Origin: Alphaproteobacteria bacterium
GTDB taxonomy: Bacteria; Pseudomonadota; Alphaproteobacteria; UBA828
NCBI GenBank assembly: GCA_963422645.2
Contig: CAXXVO010000007.1
Coordinates: 384,001-448,000, forward strand
Reading direction: 5' to 3'
Length of the DNA stretch: 64,000 nucleotides
Shown here: positions 33,697 to 44,744 of the stretch, in pieces
How positions within the stretch are numbered: the first letter of the stretch is position 1
Layout: the number at the start of each line of letters is the position of its first letter
Translations under genes and position numbers: made by a program
The notes under the pieces: generated by a model
Database searches by the model: none
Seen by the model: the letters and a program-made list of their open reading frames with translations, nothing else
Told to the model about the DNA's origin: nothing

Positions 33697-33730
33697 TGTT
33701 GTTAAGCGTGGAAAAGTGACCCCCTATTGG
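33697..33730 (+). mobile_element. Orphan 34-bp IS21 left end (third copy, opposite orientation)
   Basis: TGTTGTTAAGCGTGGAAAAGTGACCCCCTATTGG = reverse complement of 29544-29577. Confidence 0.9.
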
Positions 33731-35358
33731 AGATGCCGTAATGGGGCTTGGCGCCGGCGTGCAGCGTCTCGGCCTGTCGCGATGACGGCGAATCGGTTGT
33801 CGTTGCCCTTACACGCGTAGCGTGTTCACGGGGTCTTGCCGCAAGGCGCGCCCCAATTCCTCTGGAGGAAAGGGCAACGACAATGGACGTCTGTATCGGG
33901 CTGGATGTATCGCTGGCAAGCACGGCGGTTTGCGTTCTCGACGAGAAGGGCAAGATCGCGACCGAGGCGCAGGTCGCCAGCACGCCTGAAGCGCTGGTTG
34001 GGTTCCTGCACAAGCTGCCGCACGAGATCACCGCGATCGGTCTCGAGGCCGGTCCCTTGTCCCACTGGTTGCACAAGGGAATGACCGACGCCGGCTTCGA
34101 GGCCGTGTTGATGGAGACCCGGCAGGTAAAGGGTGCGCTGAAGGCCATGCCGATCAAGACCGATCGCCGGGACGCCGAGGGCATCGCACGGCTGTTGCTG
34201 ATGGGGTGGTTTCGGCCGGTGCACTGCAAGTCGGTGTCATCGCAAGAGATGCGAGCCCTCCTGACCTCGCGCAAGTCCGTGCTGGACGCGATCATCCGCC
34301 TGGAGGTCTCGCTGCGCGGCGTCCTGCGTAACTTTGGCCTGAAGCTGGGCCTGATCTCGAAGGGCCGCTATGAGGCCCGAGTGCGGGAGTTGGTCGCCGG
34401 CAACGCGATGCTGGAAGCGGCAGCCGAACCGATCCTGGGCGCGCGGGCGGCCCTGCGCCGCGAGTTCGCCGAGCTGGAGAAGCTGGTCCGCACTCTGGCA
34501 AGGCAAGACAGGGCATGCCGCCTGTTGATGACCATGCCGGGCGTGGGGCATGTCATAGCCCTGACCTTCAAGTCCGCGATCGACGACCCGGAGCGGTTCC
34601 GAAGATCGAAGGATGTCGGCCCCTGGGTAGGGCTGACGCCGGCGCGGGAGCAGTCCGGGGAGAGGGATATTGTCGGCCGGATCACCAAGGCCGGCGATGC
34701 CGGTCTGCGCGCGGCTCTTTACCAAGCCGCAACGGTGATGCTGAACCGCACAGGGCCGAACTGGCTGAAGGCTTGGGCGCTACGTTTGGCGAAGCACAGG
34801 GGCAAGAAGCGCGCGACCGTTGCCTTGGCCCGGCGCATCGGTGTTGTGCTTCACCGAATGTGGCGGGATGGAACCGAGTTCCGCTTTACGCGCGAGGAAG
34901 CGATGGCGCTTCGGACGGCATAGGCGCGGCTGCATCCCATCGGCAGTCAGCGAGGAGAGGAGGAAAGAGCCGCGCCTGAAGGTGGGCGAGCCACCAACGT
35001 CCCCTCGCCGGGACGCGGTCCCCGATGATGCACGTGGGCCCACTTGTTTGCCGAACCGGCCTGTCGTGTTCGAGCACGCTGTGGAGATAGGCACTCGGGA
35101 ACCGATTTGGACTGGGCATGATGTTGGCAGCCGATGCGCTGACCACGGACAGAAGCGAGAACCCGGCGAAGGACACAAGACGTTGAGCAAGCGCGAGATC
35201 GATACGGTCGGCCCCATTGCACCTGACACCGGCAACCTCCTCCGCGCCTCACCCGGCGCCTCATAGCCAGGCCGAAGGAGCCCCTACACCACGCCAGGAA
35301 AACAACTGATTGGCGCGACAATGATCTATTGAAAATCGAGCTTGACGGGAAACGCCAA
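33731..35358 (+). mobile_element. IS110-family element with long 3' non-coding region
   Basis: Begins exactly where the IS21 end stops; TTGACG at 35342 near the right end and CGTAAT at 33737 near the left end; right boundary approximate. Confidence 0.75.
33883..34923 (+). CDS. IS110-family transposase (DEDD recombinase)
   Basis: IGLDVS, IGLEAG, KTDRRDA, MPGVG, GLTP..EQSGE, ITKAGD..LR. Confidence 0.95.
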   Translation: MDVCIGLDVSLASTAVCVLDEKGKIATEAQVASTPEALVGFLHKLPHEITAIGLEAGPLSHWLHKGMTDAGFEAVLMETRQVKGALKAMPIKTDRRDAEGIARLLLMGWFRPVHCKSVSSQEMRALLTSRKSVLDAIIRLEVSLRGVLRNFGLKLGLISKGRYEARVRELVAGNAMLEAAAEPILGARAALRREFAELEKLVRTLARQDRACRLLMTMPGVGHVIALTFKSAIDDPERFRRSKDVGPWVGLTPAREQSGERDIVGRITKAGDAGLRAALYQAATVMLNRTGPNWLKAWALRLAKHRGKKRATVALARRIGVVLHRMWRDGTEFRFTREEAMALRTA

Positions 35359-35640
35359 TCGACGGCTACCTCTCGGCCGACAAGGACGGCGATTGGCGCA
35401 CCATGACCGAGGCCGCGAAGGAGCTCGGGGTGACCAATCATGTGATCCGCCGTCTCAATCAAGGACGGCGAGTTGCCGGCCGAGCAACTCGTTCCTCGTG
35501 CGCCGTACCAGATCAAGGTTGTGGATCTGCATTCCGAGAAGGTCGCCAACGCCCTGGCCCGAAGCAAAGGCCCGTGTCGGGTCTCATGTCCAGACCAGAT
35601 GTCAATGTTTTCAGGAAGTTGACAAAGAGGTGCATAATGA
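35358..35640 (+). pseudogene. C-terminal remnant of a serine-recombinase-type element gene and its end
   Basis: IDGYLSADKDGDWRTMTEAAKELGVTNHVIRRL(frameshift)KDGELPAEQLVPRAPYQI...QMSMFSGS* followed by GAGGTGCATAATGA; resembles the HTH tail of such recombinases. Confidence 0.55.
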
Positions 35641-37947
35641 CCCCATCGTCACCGCCCCTCGGAGTTCGCGCTCCGCGACATTGTTGTCCATGGGGACCCG
35701 GGGATTGTCGACGAAGACGCTCAGTCCCTCGCGATGCTTGAGCAGCGATCGCAGCGGCTTGGTCCTGCGCGCCTTGTCCGTCAGCCCGGCCAGTTCCGCT
35801 TCGGCCTGCGCGAACAGCTCGTCGACCGCCTTCTTCAACTCGTCCTGCGCCGCGCCGAACGCTGGCGTCTGGCGTTCGAGAGCGGGGTCGTAATGCTTCA
35901 ACCGCTCCTTGTTCAGCCGGCAGACCGACGCGAACCGCTCGATCCATCCCTCGCACCATTGCCTCAGCTTCGGCTGGCCGGCCGCGCACTCGATGAAGTC
36001 GCGCCTCTGGTGGATCCAGCACCAGCACAGAATCACCTTGCCGTCGAGTTCGCGCGCCATCTTGGTGTAGGCGCCGTAGCGGTCGCAGACCACGAACACG
36101 GTGCAGGCGGTGTCGCCGAACAGCGTCTTCGCGACCTCGGCGCTGCGCGACGGGTCGATGTGGAAGTAGGCCGCGTCGCTGCTGACCGACGTCCACAGCC
36201 AGGCGCGGCTCGACCGGCCGCTGTCGCAGAACTCCTGCACCCGCCAGCCAGTCTCGTCGGCATGGCGCACCATCGTCCGGTTCTGGTGCGCGAGGATCGC
36301 CTTGGCGAGCGGCTCGAACAGCGGCACGAAGCGCTTCAGGCTGTTGGCCAGCGTACCCGGCGCGACCGGCAGGCCCTGGTCGGCATACCACGCCGCGACC
36401 CGGCTCAACGGGCGCAGGCAAGCACAGTGCTCGAACAGGAAGCGCGCCCAGAAGCTGGTGCCGTAGAGCGTTCCGTGGAACAGACGCGGCGTCGGCGGCG
36501 CCGTCACCTCCAGGGGCGAGGAGGCGCACTCGCAACCCCGGCGCCAGCGCGTCCGCTCGATCCTGCGGATATGGGCCTCGACCGCGACCTCGATGAGGGT
36601 CGTCGCATGCTCGCCGTTGGCGACATAGGACTTGCCGCAACAGGAACAGATGCGCGCATCCTTCGGCGGGTTGCGCCGTTCCGTCTTCTCTCCGAGCCCG
36701 GGCCGCTGAGTGCGGCCGTGGCCCGGCGCGCCGGGCTGCTGGCCGCGTTTGCGCCCCGTGTCCGCCTTCTTCCGCTTCTCGCTCCTGCTGCCGAACAGCG
36801 CCTTCGACAGGACCCTCCGGGTCGAACGCAGCTTCTCGACCTGGGCTTCCAGCGTCTCGACGCGCGATGCCAGCACCGCCCTCTCGGCCTTCAACGCCCG
36901 CGTCTCGGCCCGCAGTTCGGCGTTGCGCCGACGCAGCGATTCGATGATGTCCCTGGCCCGCACGATCGCCCTGCGAAGCTGGGCAAGCCGCTTGTGCAGC
37001 GGCCCGATGATGGCCTCCCGGACCTCCCAGCTCCGAGCACGGAACGAGCGCTCCCGGGCGATATCCCCGTTCAGCCGGTCTATCTCGTCGCGATGCCGGT
37101 TCTTGAGCTGCTCCTCGCGCTCGTGGGAGTTGCGCAGCGCCCAGCGCAGATCGGCGTTCTCGGTCTCGAGCCATTTGCACCGGCTCTCCGAGGCCCTCGT
37201 CGTCTTGTGCAGGGCGGCATTCTCCACGCGCAGCGCCTCGATCGCGTCCGCCAGGGCCGTCGACGCCGACGCTTCCTCGCCCAGCCCCGCGACCTCCACG
37301 CCGAGCTGCGCAATCTTCTTGTTCAGCCGCGCCGTTCCCTTGTGCGCCTCGCGCAGCTCCGTGCGCAGCGCCTCGATCGTGTCCTTCTGCCGGTCCGTGC
37401 GCTCCAGGGCTTTGCGCAACTTGGCGCTTTCCCTCGACAGAGACGCCTGAACCGCCCGTTCCGACTTCCGCAGCGCCGAGATCTCCCCGCGAAACGACGC
37501 GATCTCGTCTTTCTGTTCCCCCGCTCGCTCCAGCGCCCTGTGCAGCCGAGCGTTCTCCCTCCGCAGCCGCCCGGTCGCACCTTTTCTCGAATCGACGCCG
37601 GCTTCCGCAAGCAGCTTCTCCAGTCGCGCCACTTCCGCCTGATGGAAAAGCGCGTCCTTCGCCGCACGGCAAACCTCCGCCGTCTCCTCGACGGCCGCCT
37701 TCAGCTTGGTCCGGCTCCTGTCGAGTTGCCACTTCAGCGAGCCCGCCCGGGAGCGGGCATCCCTCTCCGCCTGGAGCAGCTCCTCGACACGCGCTTCCGC
37801 CGCCTCCGCCCGTGCACGCGCCTGTTCGCACAGAGACTGCCAGTCGCATGGCCCGCGTGGCAGCGCCGCCATCGGCGGCGACCAAAGTCCGTCCTCCGCC
37901 TCGACAGGCGTCAGCACCGCCCCAAAGTCTTCGTCGCGCACCGCCAT
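35641..37947 (-). pseudogene. IS66 transposase with very long N-terminal coiled coil, C-terminus truncated
   Basis: LFGSRSEK, GQQPGAPGHGR, CSCCG, HADETGWRV, CDRYGAY, CWIHQRRDF, DNNVAERELR then abrupt junction. Confidence 0.88.
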
Positions 37948-38136
37948 GGGGACGACGATATCCGATGGCCAGCGGCGTTACCAGAGGTTTATCCAATATG
38001 TTCAAGATGACGGCAGCACCCATATGAAGCGCGCCGAGCCGAGAAAGGACGTCTGGCTGAGGCCGCTGAGACGAGACTGGAAGCGAACACTCAATCGGTG
38101 AAATCTCCACCCATCACCAGACAACGGAAGAATTAC
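35641..38136 (-). mobile_element. IS66-family element (single-ORF type), 3'-truncated
   Basis: Minus-strand start GTAATTCTTCCG at 38136 (IS66 ends begin GTAA); transposase cut at ~35641. Confidence 0.75.
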
Positions 38137-38148
38137 GGGGAGACCGCC

Positions 38149-39321
38149 ATGGCCACCCACTTCAAGATCACCAAACGCGCCGTCGACCATCTTCAGGGCG
38201 ATGGCACCGAGAAGTTCTACTGGGACGACGACCTCCCCGGCTTCGGCGTTCGCATCCGAGCCTCGGGGCGCAAGTACTACGTCGCGCAGTTCCGCGCCGA
38301 TGGCCGAATGAGGCGCATCACCCTGGGCCGTCACGGCGCGGTGCCGACCGAGACGGCGCGGCGACGGGCCATGGCGGCGATCTCCGAAGCCAAGGGCGGC
38401 GGCGACCCGGCGGCCGCCCGGGACGCGCGCCGCAAGGCCCCGACCATGAAGCAGCTCGGCAAGCGGTTCCTCGAGGACTATGTGCCGGACCACTGCAAGC
38501 CCAGCACCGCCTACGAGTACGGACGCTCGGTAAAGCTCTTCATCGAGCCCCGGATTGGCAAGCGCAAGGTGAGGGACATCAAGCGCAGCGACATCGCGGA
38601 ACTGCACCACGCCTTGCGGGAGACGCCCTACCAGGCCAACCGGACGCTGGGGGTGCTTTCCAAGATGTTCTCCATGGCGGAGGTTTGGGGCTGGCGTCCG
38701 GACGGCTCCAACCCGTGCCTGCACATCAAGCGCTACAAGGAGGAGAAGCGGGAGCGGTTTCTGAACGCAGAGGAGTTCGCGCGGCTCGGGAAGGTGCTCG
38801 ACGAGATCTTGCGGGACGGCTCAGAGACCCGCTCCGCGGTGGTAGCGATCCGCTTGCTGATGCTGACCGGGTGCCGGCTATCGGAGATCCAGAAGCTGCG
38901 ATGGGAGCATGTCGACCTGGAGGCGGGCGAGCTGCGGCTACCGGATACCAAGACTGGCGGGCGGGCGGTGCCGCTGGCGCCTTCGGCGGTGCGACTGCTG
39001 GAGGGCCTAACCCGTGACGAGGACAACCCGTGGGTGATCGCCGGCCGTAAGCCGGGCAGCCATCTGACCGACCTTCAGCACCCCTGGCGCCGCATCCGAG
39101 CGCGGGCCGAGCTCGACGATGTGCGGATCCACGATCTTCGACACAGCTTTGCCTCGCGTGCGCTGGCGCTCGGCGAGGGTTTGCCGATGATCGGGAAGCT
39201 GCTGGGGCACACGCAGGTTCAGACGACAGCCCGCTACGCCCACCTCGCCCGCGACACCGTCAAGGCCTCCGCCGCCCGCATCGGCGACAGCATCGACGGC
39301 GATCTTGCGACAGCGGAATAG
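38149..39321 (+). CDS. Tyrosine recombinase/integrase with arm-binding domain, intact
   Basis: WDDDLPGFGVR, LTGCRLSEI, DTKTG, IHDLRHSFAS, LLGHTQVQTTARYAH (R-K-H-R-H-Y). Confidence 0.93.
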   Translation: MATHFKITKRAVDHLQGDGTEKFYWDDDLPGFGVRIRASGRKYYVAQFRADGRMRRITLGRHGAVPTETARRRAMAAISEAKGGGDPAAARDARRKAPTMKQLGKRFLEDYVPDHCKPSTAYEYGRSVKLFIEPRIGKRKVRDIKRSDIAELHHALRETPYQANRTLGVLSKMFSMAEVWGWRPDGSNPCLHIKRYKEEKRERFLNAEEFARLGKVLDEILRDGSETRSAVVAIRLLMLTGCRLSEIQKLRWEHVDLEAGELRLPDTKTGGRAVPLAPSAVRLLEGLTRDEDNPWVIAGRKPGSHLTDLQHPWRRIRARAELDDVRIHDLRHSFASRALALGEGLPMIGKLLGHTQVQTTARYAHLARDTVKASAARIGDSIDGDLATAE

Positions 39322-39492
39322 TGGGCGGACTCCCTAGGTGACGTATCGCGTGGCCGCGCGGGCCCTGACCTTCCAACGTGCATCTAAGGCGTTCTGCGGT
39401 CGACAGTAGCTCTGGTTGTCTTGGTCGAACCTTGAGGCTGTACCTGGTGACCGGCATCATATCCTCACAAAGTTCTATACCTCATTCGGGAT

Positions 39493-40545
39493 GTGATGTA
39501 TGTTCCCTTATTGATGATTATCCTCTCGGTGATTGACGTGACAAGGAGCAACACAACCCACCGTTCCGAGGCCGCAGTCGCGGCCGTGCTCCCTCCTTCG
39601 GTCCAGATTCGGCGCCGCCGCGAGGACGGTCATATGATCGACCTCGAACTTAACGGAGAGCCTATCACGGTCGAATGGCTGGGCGAGGGCGGATTGCGTC
39701 AGGCGCGCGAGTTACTCGCCGGCCGCAAGGAACGCCCGGACGTCGCGGCAGCTCGCCACATGTCTCCAGGCGCACGCGAGGCACTCTCGGCCGCGGGGGT
39801 CGGCTGGGTGGACGAGACCGGTGCGGCGGAGATTGTGCTGGAGTCCCTGATCATTTCCAGGAGTGGGCACCCCATCAAGGTGCCGCCGAAACCGCTTCGC
39901 TGGTCGCCCTCCGTCCTGGCTGTCTCCGAGGCGTTGCTCTGCGGCAGCCGGGCCACCGTCGGCGCCATGCAGGAGACCACGCGGCTTTCTGCCGGAAGCG
40001 CCACGAACGCCCTTAGAACTCTCACCGATCTCGGGCTCATAAGCGCCGCAACGCGTCGTGGGCGCAACTCCGCGCGCCGAATTCCCGATCAGAACCGACT
40101 GCTGGACGCGTACGCGACTGCGGCTGCCTCGATGATGCCAGAGACCGCTCTTACGGTCGGTGTGACGTGGCGCGACCCGGCGACGGCTCTGGCGGAAACC
40201 GGTCAGCGATGGAACAACACAGGTATCTCGTGGGCGGCCACGGGCACGGTGGCAGCATCGGTGTTCGCTCCCTATCTCACCACGGTTACGACCGGCGAGG
40301 TCTACGTCGACAGGAAGACGATTGCAGGGCTTGAGGAGGTGGCCGCGAAGGCGGACCTGCGACCGATTGAAGGTGGGCGCCTCACCCTTCGTCCATTCCC
40401 CACGGTTACAACGCGGTTGCTTGCCGAGGTGAAGAACGGCCTCAGCCTCGCACCGTGGCCTCGCGTATACGCCGACCTGCGTGTCGTCGGCGTGCGAGGC
40501 GAGGAAGCCGCCGAACATCTCCGGGACGTGATCCGTGGCCGATGA
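39493..40545 (+). CDS. Type IV TA (AbiEi-like) antitoxin / wHTH transcriptional regulator
   Basis: GVGWVDETGAA, wHTH region, LLDAY, WAATG..AA, RVYADL...GVRGEEAAEHL; start may be 39538. Confidence 0.7.
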   Translation: MMYVPLLMIILSVIDVTRSNTTHRSEAAVAAVLPPSVQIRRRREDGHMIDLELNGEPITVEWLGEGGLRQARELLAGRKERPDVAAARHMSPGAREALSAAGVGWVDETGAAEIVLESLIISRSGHPIKVPPKPLRWSPSVLAVSEALLCGSRATVGAMQETTRLSAGSATNALRTLTDLGLISAATRRGRNSARRIPDQNRLLDAYATAAASMMPETALTVGVTWRDPATALAETGQRWNNTGISWAATGTVAASVFAPYLTTVTTGEVYVDRKTIAGLEEVAAKADLRPIEGGRLTLRPFPTVTTRLLAEVKNGLSLAPWPRVYADLRVVGVRGEEAAEHLRDVIRGR

Positions 40546-41278
40546 TCCGCCTCCCCGCTCCCGTGCCGCACGTGAAGCGGCTGAGAGGGCGCTTGTACGC
40601 ATCATCCACCACTACGGGGCGCGACCGGAGTTCGTCGTGATCGGGGGGCTGGTGCCGGAATTACTCTGTGCCGGCAGCGAATTTCAACACGCCGGGACCA
40701 CTGACGTGGACGTGCAAGTCGATCTTGAGATCGCCTATGGCGCCGTGAATACCGCACGACTGGAGCAAGCGCTTCGCAATGCGGAGTTCGTCCCCCAGGA
40801 TGGCCGGATCTGGTGTTGGGTGGCCGACGGGGCTGCCGTGCGGACGGTTGTGAAGTTCGAGCTCTTGGCAGATCTACACGACAAACCGACGTCAGCGACA
40901 ATCAGATTCGACGAGTGCGAGAACCTCGGCGCGATCAATCTACGTGGTACGGGCTTCGCATCCCGCGACACCGAAGTGCGCGACCTTACCGCCCGGATCG
41001 GAGGCGTCACCTACAACACCCAAGTGAAGGTAGCGGGCTTGGCTGGGTTTCTGCTCGCCAAGGCAGCAGCCGCATACTCAAGGCGGGCGCCCAAAGACTG
41101 GTACGACGTGGCGTTCGTGCTCCTGCATAATGACGCCGGGGGACCGACAGTCGCAGCCACGCTGGTGCGGGAGCGGTTCGGTGACGACCTCCGCGCCGTC
41201 CACACGGCTCTCGAAGATTTGCGAGCCAATTTTGACAGTCCGGCTGCCCAGGGTTCCCGAGCCTATTCTGCACAAATG
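40535..41278 (+). pseudogene. Nucleotidyltransferase (AbiEii-like toxin), interrupted by IS21
   Basis: VVIGGLVP..L, GTTDVDV, FLLAKA.A, KDWYDV; IS21 end starts at 41279. Confidence 0.72.
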
Positions 41279-41480
41279 TGTCAATCGGCTTTCAATACTG
41301 ACCCCCGATCGGCGTGCAAAATTGACCCCCCTGAGTGGCACGGCGGAGGTTGTCCCGGTAGCCAATAGGGGGGACCCGCGCGGCTTCGTGTGGCGCCCTG
41401 CGCTACGCGGAGCGAAGCCGCGTGGGGGGTCCCTGTTGGCCCACCGGGGCAACCGGGCCGCAAGGGAGGCCGGCGGCGGG

Positions 41481-42209
41481 TCAGGAGCGGTTCTTGAAGC
41501 GCCAGCTCTCGTTGCCGGTCTCGATGATCTCGCAATGATGGGTGAGGCGATCGAGCAGCGCTGTGGTCATCTTGGGGTCGCCGAAGACGGATGGCCATTC
41601 GCCGAAGGCGAGGTTTGTGGTGATGACGATCGAGGTGCGCTCGTAGAGCCGGCTCATCAGATGGAAGAGCAGCTGCCCACCGGCCTGGGCGAAGGGCAGG
41701 TAGCCGAGCTCGTCGAGGATGACGAAGTCGCGGCGGACGAGCTGGTCTGCAGTGCGGCCCTGGCGTCCGGCGCGAAGCTCGGCCTCGAGGAGGTTGACCA
41801 GGTCGACGACGTTGTAGCACCGGCCGCGCGCGCCCTTGCGGATGCAGGACCGCGCGATGGCGACGGCGAGATGGGTCTTGCCGGTACCGGTGCCGCCGAC
41901 CAGCACGATGTTGCGTTTGCCCTCGAGGAAGCCGCCGCCGGCGAGCTCCTGGATCAGGGGCTCGTTGACCGGCGAGGCGGCGAAGTCGAAGTCGGCCAGC
42001 TCCTTGACCGTCGGCAGCTTGGCGGAGGCCATCTGGTACTTGATCGAGCGGGCCCTCTTGTCGGCGATCTCGACCTGCAGCAGCGTACCGATGATCTGTT
42101 GCACCGGATGGCGGCGCTTGAGCCCGTCGGCAAGGATGTCGTCGTAAGCGGCGCGCATACCTGCGAGCTTCAGCTGGGTCATCATCTCCAGCACATCATG
42201 ACGCTCCAT
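41481..42209 (-). CDS. istB: IS21 helper ATPase IstB
   Basis: Protein identical to 27229..27957. Confidence 0.95.
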   Translation of the reverse strand: MERHDVLEMMTQLKLAGMRAAYDDILADGLKRRHPVQQIIGTLLQVEIADKRARSIKYQMASAKLPTVKELADFDFAASPVNEPLIQELAGGGFLEGKRNIVLVGGTGTGKTHLAVAIARSCIRKGARGRCYNVVDLVNLLEAELRAGRQGRTADQLVRRDFVILDELGYLPFAQAGGQLLFHLMSRLYERTSIVITTNLAFGEWPSVFGDPKMTTALLDRLTHHCEIIETGNESWRFKNRS

Positions 42210-43722
42210 GACCGGCCTCCCTCAGGCTGTCGTAGCGCTGACAGTCGGCTACCGGCTTGTGGCGAAGCTGCAGGCCCTCGGGCGTCGGGATGATTGCCGG
42301 CGGTGCCGGCTGGCGCTGCCGGGCGAGGATGTTGAGCACCACGTCGGCGCTGCAGGCACCGCAGTCGAGCGTCTCGGCACAGGCCGCCTCAACCGCCTCC
42401 AGTCCGTCCTCCAGCACCGCCGCGAGCACCTTGACGAACTGCCGGTCGCCGTCGTCGTGGCCCGCGAGCCGGGTTCGCAGGCGGCCGAGCGCGTTGGGCA
42501 ACTGCCAGTCCTTGAAGGGCGCGCCATTGCGTAGCGCGCCGGGCTTCCGCGTCAGGATCGGCACGTAATGCCACGGATCGTAGACGAACCGGCCGCGCCC
42601 GAAGCTGCGGGGGTGCTCGGCAACGGTCTTGCCGTCCTGGCGGATGACGATCCGATCGGCATAGGCCCGCACGTCCACCGGCCGGCCGACGGCGCGGGCC
42701 GCGACGCTGTACTGGTTGTTGTCGAAGCGCACCAGACAGGTCTTCGAGACCGACACCTCGCTGGCATGGAAGCCGTCGAAGGGGCCGCGATACGCCATCA
42801 GGAAGGGCTGCTCCTCCTCGAACACCTGCCACACCGTCTTGCCCGGGATTGTCGGATGCGGATGCTTCTTGGCGTCCTCGATGCACCGATCCATCAGCCA
42901 CTCGTTGATCTCGGCGTAGGAGCGGCCCCGCGGGATGGGCACGAACAGGCGGCCGCGAAGGTCACCCACCTGCTTCTCGACCTGCCCCTTCTCCCAGCCA
43001 GCCCCTGGCGTGCACGCCACAGGCTCCACCAGATGGTGCGAGCACAGCTCCTGGAAGCGGCGGTTGTAGTCCCGCTTCTTGCCCACGAAGATCGTGCTCA
43101 CCGCCGTCTTCATGTTGTCGTAGATGCCCCGCCGGCAGACCCCGCCGAAGAAGCGGAAGGCACGCTCGTGCGCCTCGAAGACCATCTCCTGGCTCTCGCG
43201 GGGAAAGATCTGGACCAGATACATCCGGCTGTGGCACAGCCGCATGTGCGCCGCCTTCACCCTGGTCGTCGCGCCCGACAGACGCGCGTACTCGTGGCTC
43301 CAGTCGAACTGGTAGGCCTCGCCGGGATCGAAGATCAGCGGCACATAGGCCTGCGCCGGCGACAACAGCCGCCACCGGCGCCGCCAGGCCCTGGCATAGC
43401 GGCGAACCGCGTCATAGCCGCCCTTGTAGCCCAGCGACACAAGGTCTTCATGAATCCGCAGAAGAGACAGCCGATCCTTGCGTGCCTTCTTCTCGTTGGC
43501 CTTCAGCTGGCGCTCAAGCTCCTCCACCCACAGCCCAAGCTTCGGCATCGGCTGGATCTTGCGCTCGTAGCTGTGCGAGGTCGCATCGCCCCGCACCACC
43601 TTGCGTATCGTGTTCTTGGAAACCCTCAAATCCCGGGCGAGCTTCTTGATCGGAACGCCCTTCACCAGATGATCCCGACGGATCTTCGCGATCGTTTCCA
43701 CAACCAGCATCTCCCCCACCAC
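42196..43722 (-). CDS. istA: IS21 transposase IstA
   Basis: One amino-acid difference seen from 27944..29470. Confidence 0.95.
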   Translation of the reverse strand: MVGEMLVVETIAKIRRDHLVKGVPIKKLARDLRVSKNTIRKVVRGDATSHSYERKIQPMPKLGLWVEELERQLKANEKKARKDRLSLLRIHEDLVSLGYKGGYDAVRRYARAWRRRWRLLSPAQAYVPLIFDPGEAYQFDWSHEYARLSGATTRVKAAHMRLCHSRMYLVQIFPRESQEMVFEAHERAFRFFGGVCRRGIYDNMKTAVSTIFVGKKRDYNRRFQELCSHHLVEPVACTPGAGWEKGQVEKQVGDLRGRLFVPIPRGRSYAEINEWLMDRCIEDAKKHPHPTIPGKTVWQVFEEEQPFLMAYRGPFDGFHASEVSVSKTCLVRFDNNQYSVAARAVGRPVDVRAYADRIVIRQDGKTVAEHPRSFGRGRFVYDPWHYVPILTRKPGALRNGAPFKDWQLPNALGRLRTRLAGHDDGDRQFVKVLAAVLEDGLEAVEAACAETLDCGACSADVVLNILARQRQPAPPAIIPTPEGLQLRHKPVADCQRYDSLREAGHGAS

Positions 43723-43829
43723 CCCGTCCGTCCAAACGACGAGGTGTGTTCATGGACACAAATCCAAGGGGGTCAATTTTGGACGCCGATCACCCCCAAT
43801 AGGGGGTCACTTTTCCACGCTTAACAACA

Positions 43830-44744
43830 CCACCACCGCGCAAGCGGGTCCGTCCGCAGGGTCGAGCATGGCGGCGAGATGCTGCATGCTCGAGCCGGCC
43901 GGCAGGGCGGCGAGGAAACGCGTCGGACGGCCCGCGGGGCGCGCCATCGGGTGGAAGCGGCCCCGCAGCCGGGTCTCGCGCAGGGCGGTATCCAGCAAGG
44001 GACGCGCGGAATCCGCCGGCATCCAGTTCCGGATGAGCGGCACGAGCGCCGGCAGGGCGGGCTCCATGGCGTGTCGCCCCGCACCCGGCCGGAGAGGCCG
44101 CTGGCGGCCGCCAGGCGAACCTCGGGCGAGCGGTCCAGCAGCCAGTAAAGGGCGGCGCGGCCGTACCGCTCCTCTTCGCGCCCCGAAACATGGTGGACGA
44201 AGGTCGGCCTGAACTCGGACGGAAGGACCGCCATCAGGTTGGCGAGGAGGTCGTGCAGCAGATGATCGTCGCCGCCCGCATGGCGCGCGAGACGGTCGAT
44301 CTCCCCGTCCAGCAGGCCGGGAAACGCGGCAAGCGCCTGGCCGGTGCCGGGTTCGCCGGCGAAGATCGGGAAGAGGCATTCCGGCGCATCCAGGCCTGCG
44401 CGGATGAAGGCGCGTGCCAGACCGAGCGCGGCGTGGTCCGGGAGGTCGCCGCGGGCGGCCAGGGTATCGATGGCGCCGCGCGCCTCGGCGAGGAAGGGCT
44501 CGCCGAAGCGGCGTCGGTTCTCGGCATCGCGTTGCGCCCGTTCGACCAGGACCCCGAACAGGTCGAGCGGAGCGTTGCGCTCCGGGTCCGCGGTCCGCGC
44601 GATGCGGGCGGCGAGCATGGAAGCGATGCCCGTCCTGCCGAGAAGCACCGGCGCGTGCTCCTCCGCCAGCTCCCTTCGGTCGAGGAAGTCGTCGAAGCCG
44701 TCGAGCTCGTCGAGGCAGGCTTGCAGAAGATCGGCTTCGGGCAT
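43830..44744 (-). pseudogene. Hypothetical helical protein, frameshifted (~44075) and truncated by IS21
   Basis: MPEADLLQACLDE...YWLLDRSPEVRLAAA continues in another frame as MEPALPALVPLIRNWMP until the IS end. Confidence 0.5.

Larger units (their letters stand above)
41279..43829 (-). mobile_element. IS21-family element, copy 2 (2551 bp)
   Basis: Same ends and genes as copy 1; IstA differs at QDGETV vs QDGKTV. Confidence 0.95.
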
